A DNA stretch of 64,000 bases from Eledone cirrhosa (Eukaryota). Below, in pieces: positions 25,590-40,104 of this stretch. A program made the translations under genes and the position numbers. The stretch spans positions 147,870,001 through 147,934,000 of the forward strand of contig OZ024742.1 of NCBI GenBank assembly GCA_964016885.1, given 5' to 3'. The notes beneath the pieces are model-generated. The model was not told the origin of the DNA. It did no database searches and saw only the letters and a list, made by a program, of their open reading frames with translations. Each line of letters begins with the position of its first letter. Position 1 is the first letter of the stretch.

Positions 25590-27205
25590 CTTCAAAGATG
25601 AGTCAAGGGTTCCATCTTACATATGTTCCAGCACTCAATAGATTGTACTGGGTGCATTTTATCATGGCAAACAACACAGCACACAGGGTCATTGTCCAGG
25701 AAGTATGCTGAGGTTGCACATACTGCCCAGGATGAAGAGACAGCATGCAGAAGCAGTACAGACTGCAGCAGCGGAACAACAGTCCTTTTTAAATATGACA
25801 GAAAAGATTGTGAGACAACTGCCTTGACTTCATCTGATACAAAGCCAAAGTCAATCACACCAGCATTCATGATCACCACAAATAAAGGACCCAGGGTAGA
25901 CACCACTGATCCCCACGCAAATGTCATAACAGCCACCAAATGTCAGAGGCCTGGTAAAACTAACCAACATAAGAGACCTAGCCACAAGCAATATGCATGG
26001 CACTAACTGAAACTCACCTAACAGCTGGCATAGCTGATGTTGAAATACGCATACCAAAGTATGTCTTATTTCGTACTGACAGGAGAGAGAGAACTCAAGG
26101 TGGAGTTATTTGTACATTCGTGAAGTTATCACACCATTAGTACTGGTGTCACATTCCAACTCTGTCTGTGACACACTAATAGTACATGTAAAGCAACTCA
26201 AAATGGTAATATGTGGCACATGTCGACCAGCAGATGCCAGTCACAAGGACAAGTTTGAAGATAGCCTCAGAAAGATAGAAGTGCTAATCAATTTGGATCA
26301 GAGTCAACATCCTGCTGGTGGGATATTTTATCCTCCTCAAGGTCAAATGACCTGAAGGCCACCCCCTCTCAGGAATGACAGCACTTGAGCAAAGGCAGAT
26401 AGAATCCTTGCTGGACCTCACAAACAGACTTTTCATAGAACAAATGGTACTTCATCCAAGATGAGGTGAAAATATCCTGGATCTCTGCTTCACACATAAT
26501 ATGGAGCTCATCCACAATGTGAAAGTGACACCAATAATTTTCTCGGATCAAAACATAGTAGAACTAGTAATGTATAGTCCGAGGAAGACTGTAGATATGC
26601 AACTGACAGGAAGCACTCAGGAGATCCTAAAGCAAAACTGGACCAATGGTCTCTCTACAGAAGATGTCAACATACAACTTCAGCAATTGATGGAAATAAT
26701 ACAAGCCATATGCTCTAAGTTTGTCCTAGAAAGGCCAACAAACACAAAAATATTAAGGCAACTTCTACCAAGGCTTTGGCCTGAGTAGAAGTTGCCTTAT
26801 GCAGCTCTTTCAGCATTATTACTGGATACTCAAACAGCTGCTAGACCGTTCAAACATGGATGTGATATATCTCGACTTTGTGAAGGCTTTCGACAAGCTT
26901 GATCATGGAATGATATGTCACAAACTACATAGCTTTGGCATATCTGCAAAACTAGATGAATGGCTTTATGACTTCTTAAAGGACAGAAGCCAAACCGTTG
27001 CAGCCAATGGGGCATTCTCAAAGGAAACCTTAATAACAAGCAACGTACCCCAGGGAACAGTCTTGGTACTACTACTGTTTGTGGTGGCTCTCTCAGACAT
27101 GCCGTCTGTAATATGGACAGCCTCCCTCACAAGCTATGCTGATGACATGAAAGTAGCAGAGGCAATCAAGAAACTGGCTGATTTAAATGCCATATGGGCT
27201 AAAGT
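25590..27205 (+). mobile_element. CR1/L2/Jockey-group LINE, decayed APE and RT
   Basis: RT motifs 'DVIYLDFVKAFDKLDHGMI', 'NVPQGTVL' and 'YADDMK' in ORF 26799-27230, with APE remnants upstream ('VICGTCRP'). Confidence 0.85.
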
Positions 27206-29647
27206 GGTTGGTGATAGGAAGGGCATCTAGCCATAGAAATCTTACCAAACAAAGGGTTGGGCGGACTCATAGTTGTATCCAAGATATGACAATCTCTTCT
27301 TAGATGCCATCTAAACTAGTCAAGTAAAGTGGAAAATTTACAAAGTACTCAGATTTAAATAAGAATAATGGTTTCTAACAACAGAAGGCTGGGTATTTTG
27401 AGGGAGGGGAAAGTTGATTATATCAACCCCAGTACATTCTGTTTGCACATAATATTCTATATGCGCACACCCAAATAAAATTAGGGCAGGGATTGTATGA
27501 TCTAGGTCATCTCTAGTACAAGAATTTAGTTTCATAACAATTATGTATATTTATTTTATTCTATTAGACTAAGCCTACAACCAAAGCTGAATGAAATTAT
27601 ATTCCTATGGCAGGGCATAAGGCCAAATCTTTAAGGGAAGGAAGGTAAATAAATGCTTTAACTCTTTTCATACTAAACTGTCTGAAACTGCTCCTAGTTT
27701 TATCACAATAAACTATTTATTTCATAGTGTTTTTATTTATCTAGAAAAACTTTATATTTAATAAATTAATTTATCAAATTTTCAAAATTATTTGTAAATG
27801 ATAGGTAGTGTCTTTCATTAGAATTATGGTAATGGAAGGGTTAACCCTTTCATTACCATATTTGTAACAAAATACATTGTCTATGTTTTTCAATTAATTC
27901 TTAATTGGAATTTCACATATTAGAATATAACATCTTGAGTCTCTGGCCCCCAAAGTCCTCTACTTTGTTTTTTAAACCCTTTCGTGACCATATTTCTATC
28001 CAGATGCTTCAATTAATTTTGAAAATGATAAAAAAATTGAAGAATTTAGTAAAATAACTAACTCCATTATTAAGCTTGTGTTTTGAACATAACATCCTGC
28101 AAATATCTCAAAACAGGTTTGTTAATTCAAATATTTATAAAATATCTTTACTAGTTGACATATCACTATGAAAATTTGCAGTAAACTACAGACTAATATT
28201 TAATGCAATAAAGTCAGTGCTGCTTTATACTTTTCAAGAATGTCTTGATAATGGAGATATCAAGAATAAACAAAGGCTGAATTTGTTTCATAAAACTAGA
28301 GGAGGTAGTTTCAGGCAGGTTGGTATCAGAGTTATTTAAACTAAAACCATTTAAAGCAAATAGTTTTGAAATGCATAACACATTACTTCAGATGAATGTA
28401 GACATGGAAATGAAGGAAAACATGGAAAGTGAGCATATATCCAAGCAGGATGAGTAATTAGGGAGGGCTCAGAATGGAATTTTATTCATGTAGAAACAGC
28501 AACAGTCAGAAATATTTATAAGATAACCATTGATGCAACAAAATATTAAATTCTGTAGCATCAATGCATCCAAACAAACAAGTATTGAAAATAAAATGAG
28601 TCATCACTACAAGCTTGTCAAAATAATATGCAAGGTTAATTAATACCCAATTTTCATTAGAAGAAATAATTTGAAATTGGAAAAAAAAAAAAAAAAAAAA
28701 AAAAAAAATAATAATTTCTCTTATTTTAATCTTTTCACTGAGAAATTTTTCAGAGTGTTTATCCTACTTATCAATCTTATACTAAATATTCAGAAACTTC
28801 AATCATAAATATGGTTACAACTTTGAATAAAATCAATATAGCTCAAAACAAATAAAGATTTTGTGGATTTTTTAATATAAATTTCTTGATATTGGTTTAA
28901 GAAGAAAACAGCTTTAAAGAATATTATACAACAGGTGAAAGCATGGCTCTGTAGTTGAGTGCTTCTCAACCATGTGGTTTGGGGATCAGTCTCACAAATG
29001 ACAGCTTGGGTGTCTGTTTATGAATGAAAATTGGAAGCCCATTCTATGCATTTAGATTGATTGATTGATGTTTTTTTAAAAACTGGTAATCTTTGTTTAT
29101 AACTTGGCAGTTCAGCAGAGATTCCAAAAATAAGTACCAGACTTTAAAAATAAATACTGGAGTTGATGAAACCAGCAAACGAATAATCTAATACACAGTC
29201 CAGAATCTTCTAAGTTACTTCTGAACAACCAACTGTAGCCACCAATTTACAGAAACAAAACAGAATATTGACCTAATTTGACCAGGTACAAAGCAGAAAT
29301 ATATCCCACTCTAACATACTGCATGCATAAGATGGAGCATGAATCACACACACAAACACAATTTGAACTGCTTGAAAAAAAAATAAGCTGCCTGTTTGAT
29401 TGGCAAGTCATTATTCATCAACATTACCTCCCACCCTGTCACATAACATTCTATTTTCTATGCTGTGACTACAATCATATCTGTTCTGTATTTGCTGGCT
29501 GTTTACTTCCCTCACCTTATATCCATTTAATATCTCTGCCTAAACCTCATCCGCCAACTATCTCAGCCTGCACATGACTCCATTCTAATTACTTTTCTCC
29601 AATTCTTCAGTTCCAGAACTGCATTCCTCTGGTATCTCTATCTCTGT

Positions 29648-29886
29648 TTAACCTTTTTGATACGAACCTGCCTGAAACTACCTTTGGCTTTATAATAAAA
29701 CAGCCCATTTTAAAGTGTTGATTTCTATATTAAAACCTTCCATGATAATTTTATATAAGAACGTTCTAAACATCAACTTGATGAAAAAATTATTTTACTA
29801 AAACCCTTCAAATTCCTGGATATTTTCAATATTAGCTAAAACACATTCAATGTATTTCACGAAGAATAAAGTAACGAAAGGGTTAA
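29648..29886. mobile_element. TTAA-flanked MITE family M2 (many degraded copies, e.g. near 4497, 27659, 27974, 39480, 43420, 56777, 61269)
   Basis: ttaacctttttgatac ... gtaacgaaagggttaa; internal blocks recur throughout the window. Confidence 0.7.
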
Positions 29887-30179
29887 CAACTGACTTCCAA
29901 GGTTTTGTTTAAACAATACATCAAATGTATTCATTTCATCCTTTGTTATTTTTGTCTTCTAGTTTAAATCCTTTCATGAGCATATTTCTAATGAACCACA
30001 ATGCCTATAATTTTTAAATTTTGAAAATAAGCAATTATTAACCTTTTCACTCCTATATTTCTAATGAAATACAGTGCATATGTGTTTCAATTAATTTTGA
30101 AAGATAACCATTCTGATAGAATGTTTTTAAGTGCGTAAGTATCAAAAAGAGCATAAGTTAAAGGCTTTTACATAAAATT

Positions 30180-30530
30180 ATGTATGTAGAAGACGTATAG
30201 GCGTAATCAAGGGGAAGAGTCTCAGTGATATAAATCTTTTCCAATCACAAGGATCTATACAAATGGTTGATAGCTTTTGATATCTAGGTGACTTAATTAG
30301 CAGTGCTTGTATGGACATGTGATGCATATGGATAATGATTGTTGGGTGAAGATTTGCTATGAAATCCTAGGCGAATAAAGCTGTAGCCAAGGAAGACTAA
30401 AGAAAATCTGGGCAGAAGTGGTGAGAGTTGATCTCAAAATGCTGGACCTCACAGAGGAGATGAAGGAATGCTGTGCTGGAAAACACACAACTCATGCCAG
30501 TATGGAAAAATGGATGCAAAATGATGATGT
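30180..30530 (+). mobile_element. RTE LINE 3' fragment with internal deletion
   Basis: 'VDSF.YLGD', 'YGHVM' and 'W.EVVRVDL' remnants, and a (GAT)n tail. Confidence 0.65.
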
Positions 30531-32359
30531 AAAAAACATTAACATTTTAGCATTGTTTGTCAAGGCCAATTCAAGGTATCAATTTTTAATAATCACCTTA
30601 CAACACTTAATATTCCCCACAAAGATATGGAGATCACACAATCTTATTTCTCCGATCCCATAAATCTGTAGGCCATGTGCCCATGTAAGGAGCCATCAAT
30701 AGTTTATCCAGCAAACAAGGGTTGTCAGGCTGGCCTCAATAGAATACTTATGTACTGTTGTGGTTAACATTTATCCTTCATTCCTTTAGAGTAGGTAAAG
30801 TATATCTGAGTAACAATCACCATGCTGTCCCCCGCATGACCAAGAGAGACTATGAAGTTTAACATTTGTAGAGATTTCATGAGTTTTAGCAGTGCTGGCA
30901 AGCAGCACATAGCCTATACCCATCTCATTTTTTACACCTCACACTCCCATCAATGCCACCCCAGCCAGGTCAAGGAAACACCAAGCACCCTAGTATCGTA
31001 ATAAAGTAGTGCTGACGTCATAATAAAACGCACCCAGCCCACTCTGTAAAGTGGTAGTGTTGGTGCCACAACATAAAGCACTCAGTCTAAACTGTGAGGT
31101 GGTAGTGCCAGAGTCATGATAAAATGCTCCCAGTACATGCTGTAAATTGGTTAGTGTTATGAAAAGCATCCAGCTGTAGAAATCAAGCCCAAAATGGAGT
31201 AAGATGTGGTCACCTGATCAGTCTAGCCTCAGTATGTGACAGCCTGTCTAATCCATGACAGCATCGAAAATAGACGTTAAACTGTGATGATGATAATTGT
31301 GTGTGTGCGTATGCATTTATAAAAAAAAAAAAAATCCTTCTTAAGTGTATTTCCAGTGTTCGCATTGTGCTGTGTCTCATTATACACTTCATTAATTATC
31401 TGTTATCTGTAGTAGCACCAAACTTATGAAGCTGATATAAATAACAATATAATAATGGGTTTAATTCAGTCAACTATACTCTGAATATGGAGGCCTGTAC
31501 TTAATCAAAAGTGAACAGTAGTCACTTCCATAGAACATTTTTTTTTTACTTTTAGTTATTAACCTCCATCCCTTCTCTCTCTTACACACACACATAAAAT
31601 AAAATATTTATCATAAGTTGCTAAGATAAATGTTGCTTTGCATGCTAGAGTGTAACCAGTAATTCTGAACATGGCGTGTATGCTCCTCAGGAGACCAATT
31701 TTCTTCAATTTTACATTATATTTTTCAAACCACAAACATGTTTATATAGTGAGAGGGAGGGTGTTAATAAAAACAATTTCGTTAATTAAAATCTTTTTTT
31801 AAAATAATTTTTGAGGGAGATGGGGAAGGAGGCAAATGTCTAAATGCTACATTATATCTTTTTAACACCAAACACGTTTTTATTTTGAGCTGGGCATAAT
31901 CCCCATCTCCAGAGTTTTTTAATACAACATCATTTTTACATCCGCTTTAGAGGCTGGCATGGGTCAGAGGGGTTGTCACAGTCCAAGACCAGACAGGTCA
32001 GAGTGATCAATCTTGCTCATTACATTCCATATTTGGCGTGGCTGATATAGCTGGATGCTTTTCCTAATGCCAACTATCATGCAGGTAGTACTGGGTGCAT
32101 TTTTCATGACACCAGCACTTACCACTTTACAGAGCAGATTGGATGTATTTTATTGTAGTACCAACACTGTTATAAGCCCCAATTTTTGTTGCTAATTTAT
32201 TTCATAAAGCAGTAACAACAACATAACCTTTTATTTACAGTAATAATAACAATAATAAAAAAAGGAAGGGAAACAAAAGAAAAAAGAATAGGAAAATAAA
32301 GAGAAAAAAGAGAAAAGGAAAGAAAAAAAGGAATGGGAAGGGGTGTCACAGAAGAGGGG

Positions 32360-33013
32360 GAGGGGTGACGGGGGGAGTGTGATTGGGCTTTGGGCCTAGG
32401 GCATGAGGGCAGAAGGGCTGCGAAGAGACCACAAAAGAATTCCTGCGGACAAAGTGCAGGGCAATAAAGATAGACGGTAGCCACGGAGTAGGCTGACCCA
32501 GAAAAACCTGGGACGACTTGATAAATTCCGACCTCACACACTTACACCTCTCCAAGACAATGTCACTGGACCGAGATCTTTGGCGCTACACAGTAATACA
32601 GAAAACCCGCCTTACCTAAGTACAAAGTGAAACCTACTACAGTCAGTAGGCACCTCTAACAAAAATACACCCCCGTTCCACTACCCCCACCCCATCCACA
32701 CCACCCCTTTCAATGTAAAGTTATGTTGGTACCACAACATCCAGTCCGAAACAAATGAGGGTGTGTAGGTGTCACGACAAAAAAACACAGTCCACCCACG
32801 CTGTAATGTGGCCGTGTAGGTAACACGGTAAAAACCTCCCAGTCCACACTGTAAACATGGTTGGTGTTAGGAAGGGCATCCAGCCGTAGAAAACCCGCCA
32901 GACAGTCCTATGCGAGCAAGACAACCACTCTTGCCTCAAGTGGGAAAACTCCCGTCCAAACCCATGCAAGCGTGGAAGATGGACGTTAAACGATGATGAT
33001 GATGATGATGATG
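32360..33013 (+). mobile_element. RTE LINE 3' end with 3' UTR
   Basis: 'G.PRKTWDDLINSDL...DRDLWR' followed by gttggtgttaggaagggcatccagc...gacgttaaacgatgatgat. Confidence 0.75.
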
Positions 33014-34502
33014 AATGGCCAGTGACAGCAGCTGCAACAGCCACCCAACCTCGTGGAGCTTCCTTCTCAGACAGGCCACCAATGTTAATGTTCCGATCTT
33101 GCGGAAGAGCTCGGCTGTACAGGTAGGCATAAGGCCAGTAATTTTTGAGGAGAGAGGAAAATCAATTAAATTGTCCCTAATACTTTGCCTGGTACTTTTT
33201 TGATCCATGAAAACTGAAAGGCAAGCTGACCCCAGCAGGATTTGAACTCAGAAGATAAAACTAACTAAATGTCACAAAGCAAAACAGTTCTGCCAATACT
33301 CCAAAAATAATAATTTCATACTTCAATGGTAGCTTCTACTTCAGGTTAGCTGAGGAATGTCAGTTTTTGTGCTAGATTTGAACTCAGTTCTTTGAGGTTG
33401 AGTAAATTAATAAATGAATATAAAAATATTGCTACTTCTTTGAGACTGAAAGATAGTTTTATCAATTTTATCTAATACCTCATATCTACAAAATAAATGA
33501 AAATTGTTTGGTTTCAAAACATTTGCAACAAGTGTTATTGATAATATGATTTTACTGAAAAGGAATCTAGTTAGTTCTCACCCTCACTGGCTTTGATTAC
33601 TCAGATTTTTAAAATACAATTTATTTTGTAGAGGTACGTTTTCAATTTTTAACAAAATTTACCACAGCGATGAAACAGCCATTTCTGGTGATAGCTATCT
33701 GGTGATAGCCTATCATAAAAAATACAAGTATTTAAGTCCAGATCAAATTCAGTTTAGCCCTCTTCTTTGCCTTGTTTGTTCGTGCTCCGCCTGTTCTCTC
33801 TCAGACAGGATAATTGACTTTCGTTGTGGCAGTAACTGATAACTAGTGTGGCCACAGCCAGCCACTCACTATGGTACTATCTTACCTTAACCAACATCTC
33901 CGCATTCACACATTCACTCACAAATTCCAACACAACACAAAATACATTTCTGTGAACATTACACTTAACAACCTATTGACAAAACACTCTTTTATATCAA
34001 CCCTTTTATGTGTTTTGATGGTGTTATATTTTCCTACATGGTGTCATTGTATATTGTAACACAAATAAAAATATACAAATTTGCAATTTTGGTTTCAATT
34101 CATCATAGTCCTGATTGCTGTTCCCACACAAACCAACCCAAACAACACACAACTCCTTGAACATTTCAACCAATCATATCTGCTGAAATGGTAATTACCA
34201 ACACACCAAAAATCACTGCTAAAGATGGTTTAGATTACATTGATTTTGATGGAGAAAATAAATTAAAATCATTATTATCATTGCAATTCATAGTTGTAAA
34301 AATGGTATTAGGTTTTTGCAGAAAATCAGTGACATTTTCTGGATTGATACTATTTGTTATCAAAGTAAAATTGGAAGGCATGGTGAAAATATATTTGAGT
34401 GTATGTATAGTATATATAGGAAAAATTAACAAATGAAACTATCCAAGGCAGTGCCCGGGCATGGTATCAATTCAATGACTTGGAAGCAAGTAAAAGAATA
34501 GA

Positions 34503-34680
34503 TAATAATTGTTTCTACTTTAGGCACAAGGCCAGCAAATACCTAGTGCATTACTGGTACTTTATTTTATCGATGAAGGGCAAAGTCAACCTCGGCGGGA
34601 TTTGAACTCAGATCGTAAAGGGATGTAACTATGCTGGAAAGCATGGCGTCAGACCCTCTACCGATACTGCCAACCCACCA
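34503..34680 (-). mobile_element. SINE family A (short subtype), followed by a partial tail copy
   Basis: Matches the family A consensus. Confidence 0.85.
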
Positions 34681-36159
34681 AAAGAATAGATAATTGTTTC
34701 TACTATTGGCACAAGGCCAGTAAAGAATAGATAATAATGAAAGTATTATATATGCTCCCTTATTTATTTCCAAGTAATCGTAATAATCTTTCACTGTCAT
34801 GACCAGAGACTGTAGTTATGCTGAATATCTGAAGATTGTGAGACTGAAAGCATTTTTAAGTGGAAAGCGAGAGAAGAGAAAATCGGAGGGGGGGGGGGGG
34901 GAGGAGGAGTATGAAGACAGCTAAGGAGAATTTGATAATTTTAAAGCGTAGATATAAAAGATTTGTGAGAAAATAAACTTATTTAAAAGGAAAAAAAATT
35001 CTACACCCATTTATGAATGAATATTTGGGTAAATGTTTACATATTTCTTAATTTTCTAAAAAATTATGTAGAAGCTGTATCCAATCATATTCAATGGAGA
35101 GATAGAGAGAGGTGCAGAATAACGGATGATAATGACTAAAAAAAAAAAAAAAAGGAAAGCATATAAGGAACTAAAACCAATATAATAGAATGTTTAATGG
35201 TTTCATTCATAAATTCACTATAAAAAGGTGTCACTCAGCAGGTATAAATAATGTAAAGGTGTCAACAATAATAAATAATGTAAATCACACACACACGTTA
35301 ACCTACACTTTCCCTGCTAACAAGGGTTGGACAGGTCTACAGAGACCAAGTTAGTACTTAAGCAGGACCACTGACATCCCCGACAGGCCGAAGAGGTTTG
35401 TACCCCTCTTATGTATGGTCATTATCAAGTGCAAAGGAGAAGTTGTGTCTTTTGACACAAACTGAAGGATCCTTCTAACACCTTCTTTGGCATGCTTTCT
35501 ACAGCTCGATGCCCTTCCAATCACCAACCACTTTACTGAGTGTACTGTGTGTGTTTATTATGTAGATCACCAACCTCTCTAGGTTATTGTCTTGGACACA
35601 GCTGAAGGGTCCTCTCAACTCTTTTAGGCATGGTTTCTACAGCCACAAGCTCTTCCTGTCGCCAACCATCCATAGAGTCTACCAGGTGCATTTTCGTGGC
35701 ACCATCACTAGAGAGGTTGTTGGTCATAGACACAACTGTAAAGCCCTCTCAACTCGGAGGCGGGGGGGGGGGGGGTAGAGGAAGGAGATAGTTATTATGT
35801 TATAGGTGTTTGTGAGGAGGGGTAGGGGTGGCTGATTAGTGACTGGGGAAATGAGATGTAGTGGTGGAAAGATAGGAACCGGGTAGTGAGGGGATATATA
35901 TATATATATACATAGAAACAAAATTAGAATTTGATTTCTCGCCCTCACATAGGTTACATAAATGTATTTATGAGTTTTATATCAAATAATAATGTTAATA
36001 TTCAATTCATTTGCAAGCAAACAGCCTCATTACACTATGTTTTTTGATGACCATCGTCATCCATTTGTTCTAGCAGTGGCATCGAGAAACAGTCAACATG
36101 TTTCTGGGTTATTGCCCTTTGTCTAGACCATCTCTCTACTACTCGCTTGAACTGTTGAA

Positions 36160-36280
36160 AATATATACATACACACACACATATATATATATACACACAC
36201 ATATATATATATACACACACACATATATATATACACACACACATATATATATACACACACACATATATATACACACACAC

Positions 36281-36313
<33 letters not shown>

Positions 36314-36348
36314 TATATATACACACACACACACATATATACATATAT
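36160..36348. repeat. (TA)m(CA)n compound microsatellite
   Basis: Direct inspection. Confidence 0.95.
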
Positions 36349-37674
36349 CTTTACATATCGAGGGCTTATTCTTTCGTAATACGAAATCACATTCAAGTGG
36401 CTATATAAATGAGAGAGAGATGATTAACATTGATTTCTGGTATGAATGAAAGCATTTCAAAACATTCCTCTGCCACTTTTTGTTGTCTTAGATTTGTGCT
36501 CCATGAATTTCTAAATAATAATTTTAGAACATTTTTCTCAGACTGTAGCCTTCGTGTGTGATAAAAGGATAACAAGGCTGTACAATTATTATAACATTTG
36601 CAAGTAAATAGTTAGGATTTATCGATCCTTGTATTGGTTTCGTCTCAGACTTTGCTTTGAACAACGAAAATTATTTATGAAATAAGTTGTAAAAGGGAAA
36701 GCTATTATCGATCACTCTGAATGCTCGTTGAGTCAGCTTTTGTTATTTGACACCAACAGTCATGATTAGCAAGCAGCAGGAGTTATTATCAATGCAACAA
36801 TAAGTTTGTGAATTTTCGGAACTGGTAGATAAGAAATGCTCGTAATAAAATATTAACCGAAAAACTAGTTCTTTCTTTATTCTCTACTGAAGTCTTTGAG
36901 TATAAATTGTAGTTATTTTATTCAAATATTTACATTTCAATAATAACTCACGATATAGGTAACAGAAAACATGTATTTTTTATACTCGATTGTAGATTAT
37001 ATTTGTTAATAAACAAAAGAATTTGTTTCATTCATTTTAGAATATATATATATCCAAGCAACACTTGAAAATGAAAATGTTTAAAGAAATTATTTTTTTG
37101 TTTTTTGTAATGCAAATAAATTTGCATAGAATGCATAAACGAAGTTATTACTTGGAAATATTAATTTAATTTTAAATCAAAATGTTAAATGCTTAGTGAG
37201 TGAGATGAAAATAGGTTCGGAATATTTTAATCATAAGCAGAAATATTTGGCTCATGGTCAGAAGATAATAAAGCATATAGAGAAAGAAATGAAAAAACAA
37301 AGGTGAACAATGGGTATAGAAGGAAAATTGATAATAAAAAAAAGAGGCTTACGTTAACATCATGTCACGATTTAAGTTATTATTTATAATAATATTAGAC
37401 GTGGATAGTACAGAAGTAGGTCCGGCGGATGATAGAATTGTGGAAGTCATGACTCACATGAACCGTATGCCTTTTTATCGGTAATAACGGCTGGTAGTGC
37501 TCGCTCTCACCCCGTCGCCACCAGTTCCCTGTACACAAGCATGTAACAAGAAAATAGCGAGTTCCATGTGTTTACCATGATTGGATAGCGATCCCCGATC
37601 AAGGGCAAATAACTCTGAGGAATTCTTGGTCTAGTTTTGTCGAATCACTTTTTTTTTGTCACTTCGACTCGAAT

Positions 37675-37731
37675 TTAAGTAGAGGGTACTATGTCCCTCG
37701 AAGTTCGAGGGACATAGTACCCTCTACTTAA
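37675..37731. repeat. Perfect 28-bp-arm palindrome with 1-nt spacer
   Basis: ttaagtagagggtactatgtccctcgaa-g-ttcgagggacatagtaccctctacttaa. Confidence 0.95.
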
Positions 37732-37892
37732 TTTCACGACACGTAATATTTCCGAAGAAAAAAAAATCACCTGTCTCATTATAAATGAGTCTTTAAAACT
37801 CAGCTGACGAAACCAAAAAATTAATGTAAATTCAATTTTACGTGTAATTTTATCAAAAGTAACATTTTATTAATCAGCCTACATATGTTATA

Positions 37893-38275
37893 ATAATTAT
37901 TTCTACTTTTGGCACAAGGCCAGCAATTATCGCAGTCCATTACTGGTACTTTATTTTATCGACCCCGTAAGGATGAAAGGCAAAGTTAACCTCGGCGGGA
38001 TTTGAACTGAGAAGGGCCATAACTCTTTGCTACAAAGCATGGCGTCCGACCCTCTACCGATATTGCCAATCCACCGCCCTATGATAAGTGTTTCTACTTT
38101 TGACACAAGGCCAGGAATTATTCCAGTGTATTACTGGTACTTTATTTTATCGACCCCGTAAGGATGAAAGGCAAAGTTAACCTCGGCGGGATTTGAACTC
38201 AGAATGGCAAGGGCCATAACTCAATGCGACAAAGCATGGCGTCCGACCCTCTACCGATACTGCCAATCCACCGCC
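37893..38275 (-). mobile_element. Head-to-tail tandem of two full-length SINE A copies
   Basis: Two units (37893-38078 and 38081-38275), each ending on the plus strand in ...gccaatccaccgcc, i.e. a 5' GGCGGTGGATTGGC head on the minus strand. Confidence 0.9.
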
Positions 38276-38489
38276 ATGAAAATTATTGCGTACAGTGCTC
38301 AGGTGCACTACAAAATTGTGTAGTTATGAATTGTGTTCAAATAAAGAATAAACAGATAAATAAATAAATCACATTAGAAGCAGTCTGGCATCTTACAATT
38401 TTATTTATTTATTATTTTTGAAATGATAGTATTTATCTAAGTGCTTATTACGAAAAATGAAAGTTCGGTAATTTTACTTCAACTTTTAG

Positions 38490-38690
38490 CTGCTGCAACC
38501 GCACCCTCCTCTTCTTCTTTTTTCACTTCTTCCTGTGAGAGTTGTGGGGGCAGAGTCCTCAAACACACCTTCCAGTGGGTCCTATCAGAAGCAACCGTCC
38601 CTAAGCAAGACCAGCTGAGCTCATGGATGTTATCCAACAATCTTTGCTCAAGGTCTACCCCTGGGTCTCCTGCCAATTGGTTTAGACTAT
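38490..38690 (-). mobile_element. RTE-like LINE 3' end, second family (GAA/GGA tail)
   Basis: Reverse complement of the 45180-45470 family ('LDNIHELSWS.LG'). Confidence 0.7.
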
Positions 38691-40104
38691 AAAAATCTGT
38701 CCATTGATTCTTTCTTGAGACATTCTAACCACATGCCCATAGTATCGGAACTGTGAGCTCTCAATTCGGAGAAGTAGTGGCTCTACCTGGAGTGACTCTC
38801 TGATCTCTTTATCGAGTAATGTTCCTTCAAAGAACCTTTAGAGGAACCCCATTTTGGTCTCTTGTATTCGCAATCATATTCTTTTGGTTATTACCTAAGG
38901 TTCATGACTATAGGAAGGTTTGAATATAAATATAAACATTTTAAAATGGGCAGTTTTTGTATCATAAAACCAGGGCAGTTGCAGGCAGGTTAGTATCAAA
39001 GGAATTAACCACTTCCTCCTGCAAATGTCTCCATAAGTCAATTGTGAAAAGATGGCGCATATGTTTCACATATGTGAGAATCATATATTTTTTACATGAG
39101 GCATTACAATCCAGTACATGCCATGAAGTTGTTGGCATTAGGAAGGGCATCCAGCTGTATAAGCCATGCCAAAATGGACTGTCATCTGACTTGTCAAGCC
39201 TCAGAATATCACAACCTGTCTAACCCATGCAAGCATGGAAAATAGATGTAAAATGCCAATATTCTTACACACTGATCATTGAAAAACCACTCTACATTAT
39301 CATTTGTTGGCAAAAATGTGTGTATGGCTTCTGTCTCTTAGTGAATACTAAGAGTTTCAAACCCAGAGCAAGGTTTGGATATGTTGCATTCAGTTTTCTG
39401 TGCCTGGTTTCTTTCTTTTTTTTTTTTTTTTGTGAAAAACTGCAATTTATCTATGAATATCTATTGTAATTAATAATACATCTACAGTTGAAACAAATAA
39501 TTTTGAAAATAATCAAGAATTTGGAGGGATATTGTATTATAACTAACCCTCTCATTATTAAGCTAGTGTTTGGAACATAATTTAACAAAGGTTCTTACAT
39601 AAAATTATAGTGAGAGGTATTTAGATAAATATAAACACTTTAAAATAAACATTTTTGTACCATAGAACCAGGGACAGTCTGGTATCAAAAGGGTTAATGG
39701 TTAATTCTAGTCAAGAAACAAGAGTGGTAACCCTATTTCCAGGCATTGAGACACTGATAGTACTAAGATTTTCTAAAAAAAAACCCCAAAACTATTACCA
39801 TCTGGTAATAAGTAATGTAATAAGAAATAATATTACATCAAGTGAATGGCTTTCATAAACACTTCAGGAGAACTTTAAAAACAGCATATATATGTTCTTG
39901 TTCCAGACTTTAGTAATTAAAAATATGTAATTACCTCATTGACATCAGTTTTTTAAGTGGACGACTTCATCTTTTTTTTTTAACAGACTCCTCTAGATGC
40001 TAGTTAGTTAAGGAGATGAAAATAGGTGGATTTAAGTGTTTTATCTATAATGTTTCGCTAATAGTGTATAAACCAGATGATATTTAGGTGGCACAAACCT
40101 CAGC

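Noticed and set aside
37893-38275. tRNA-like A/B boxes and a tandem repeat resembling a tRNA gene or CRISPR-like array
   Set aside because: These are SINE heads in two tandem SINE copies; no cloverleaf and no repeat-spacer structure.
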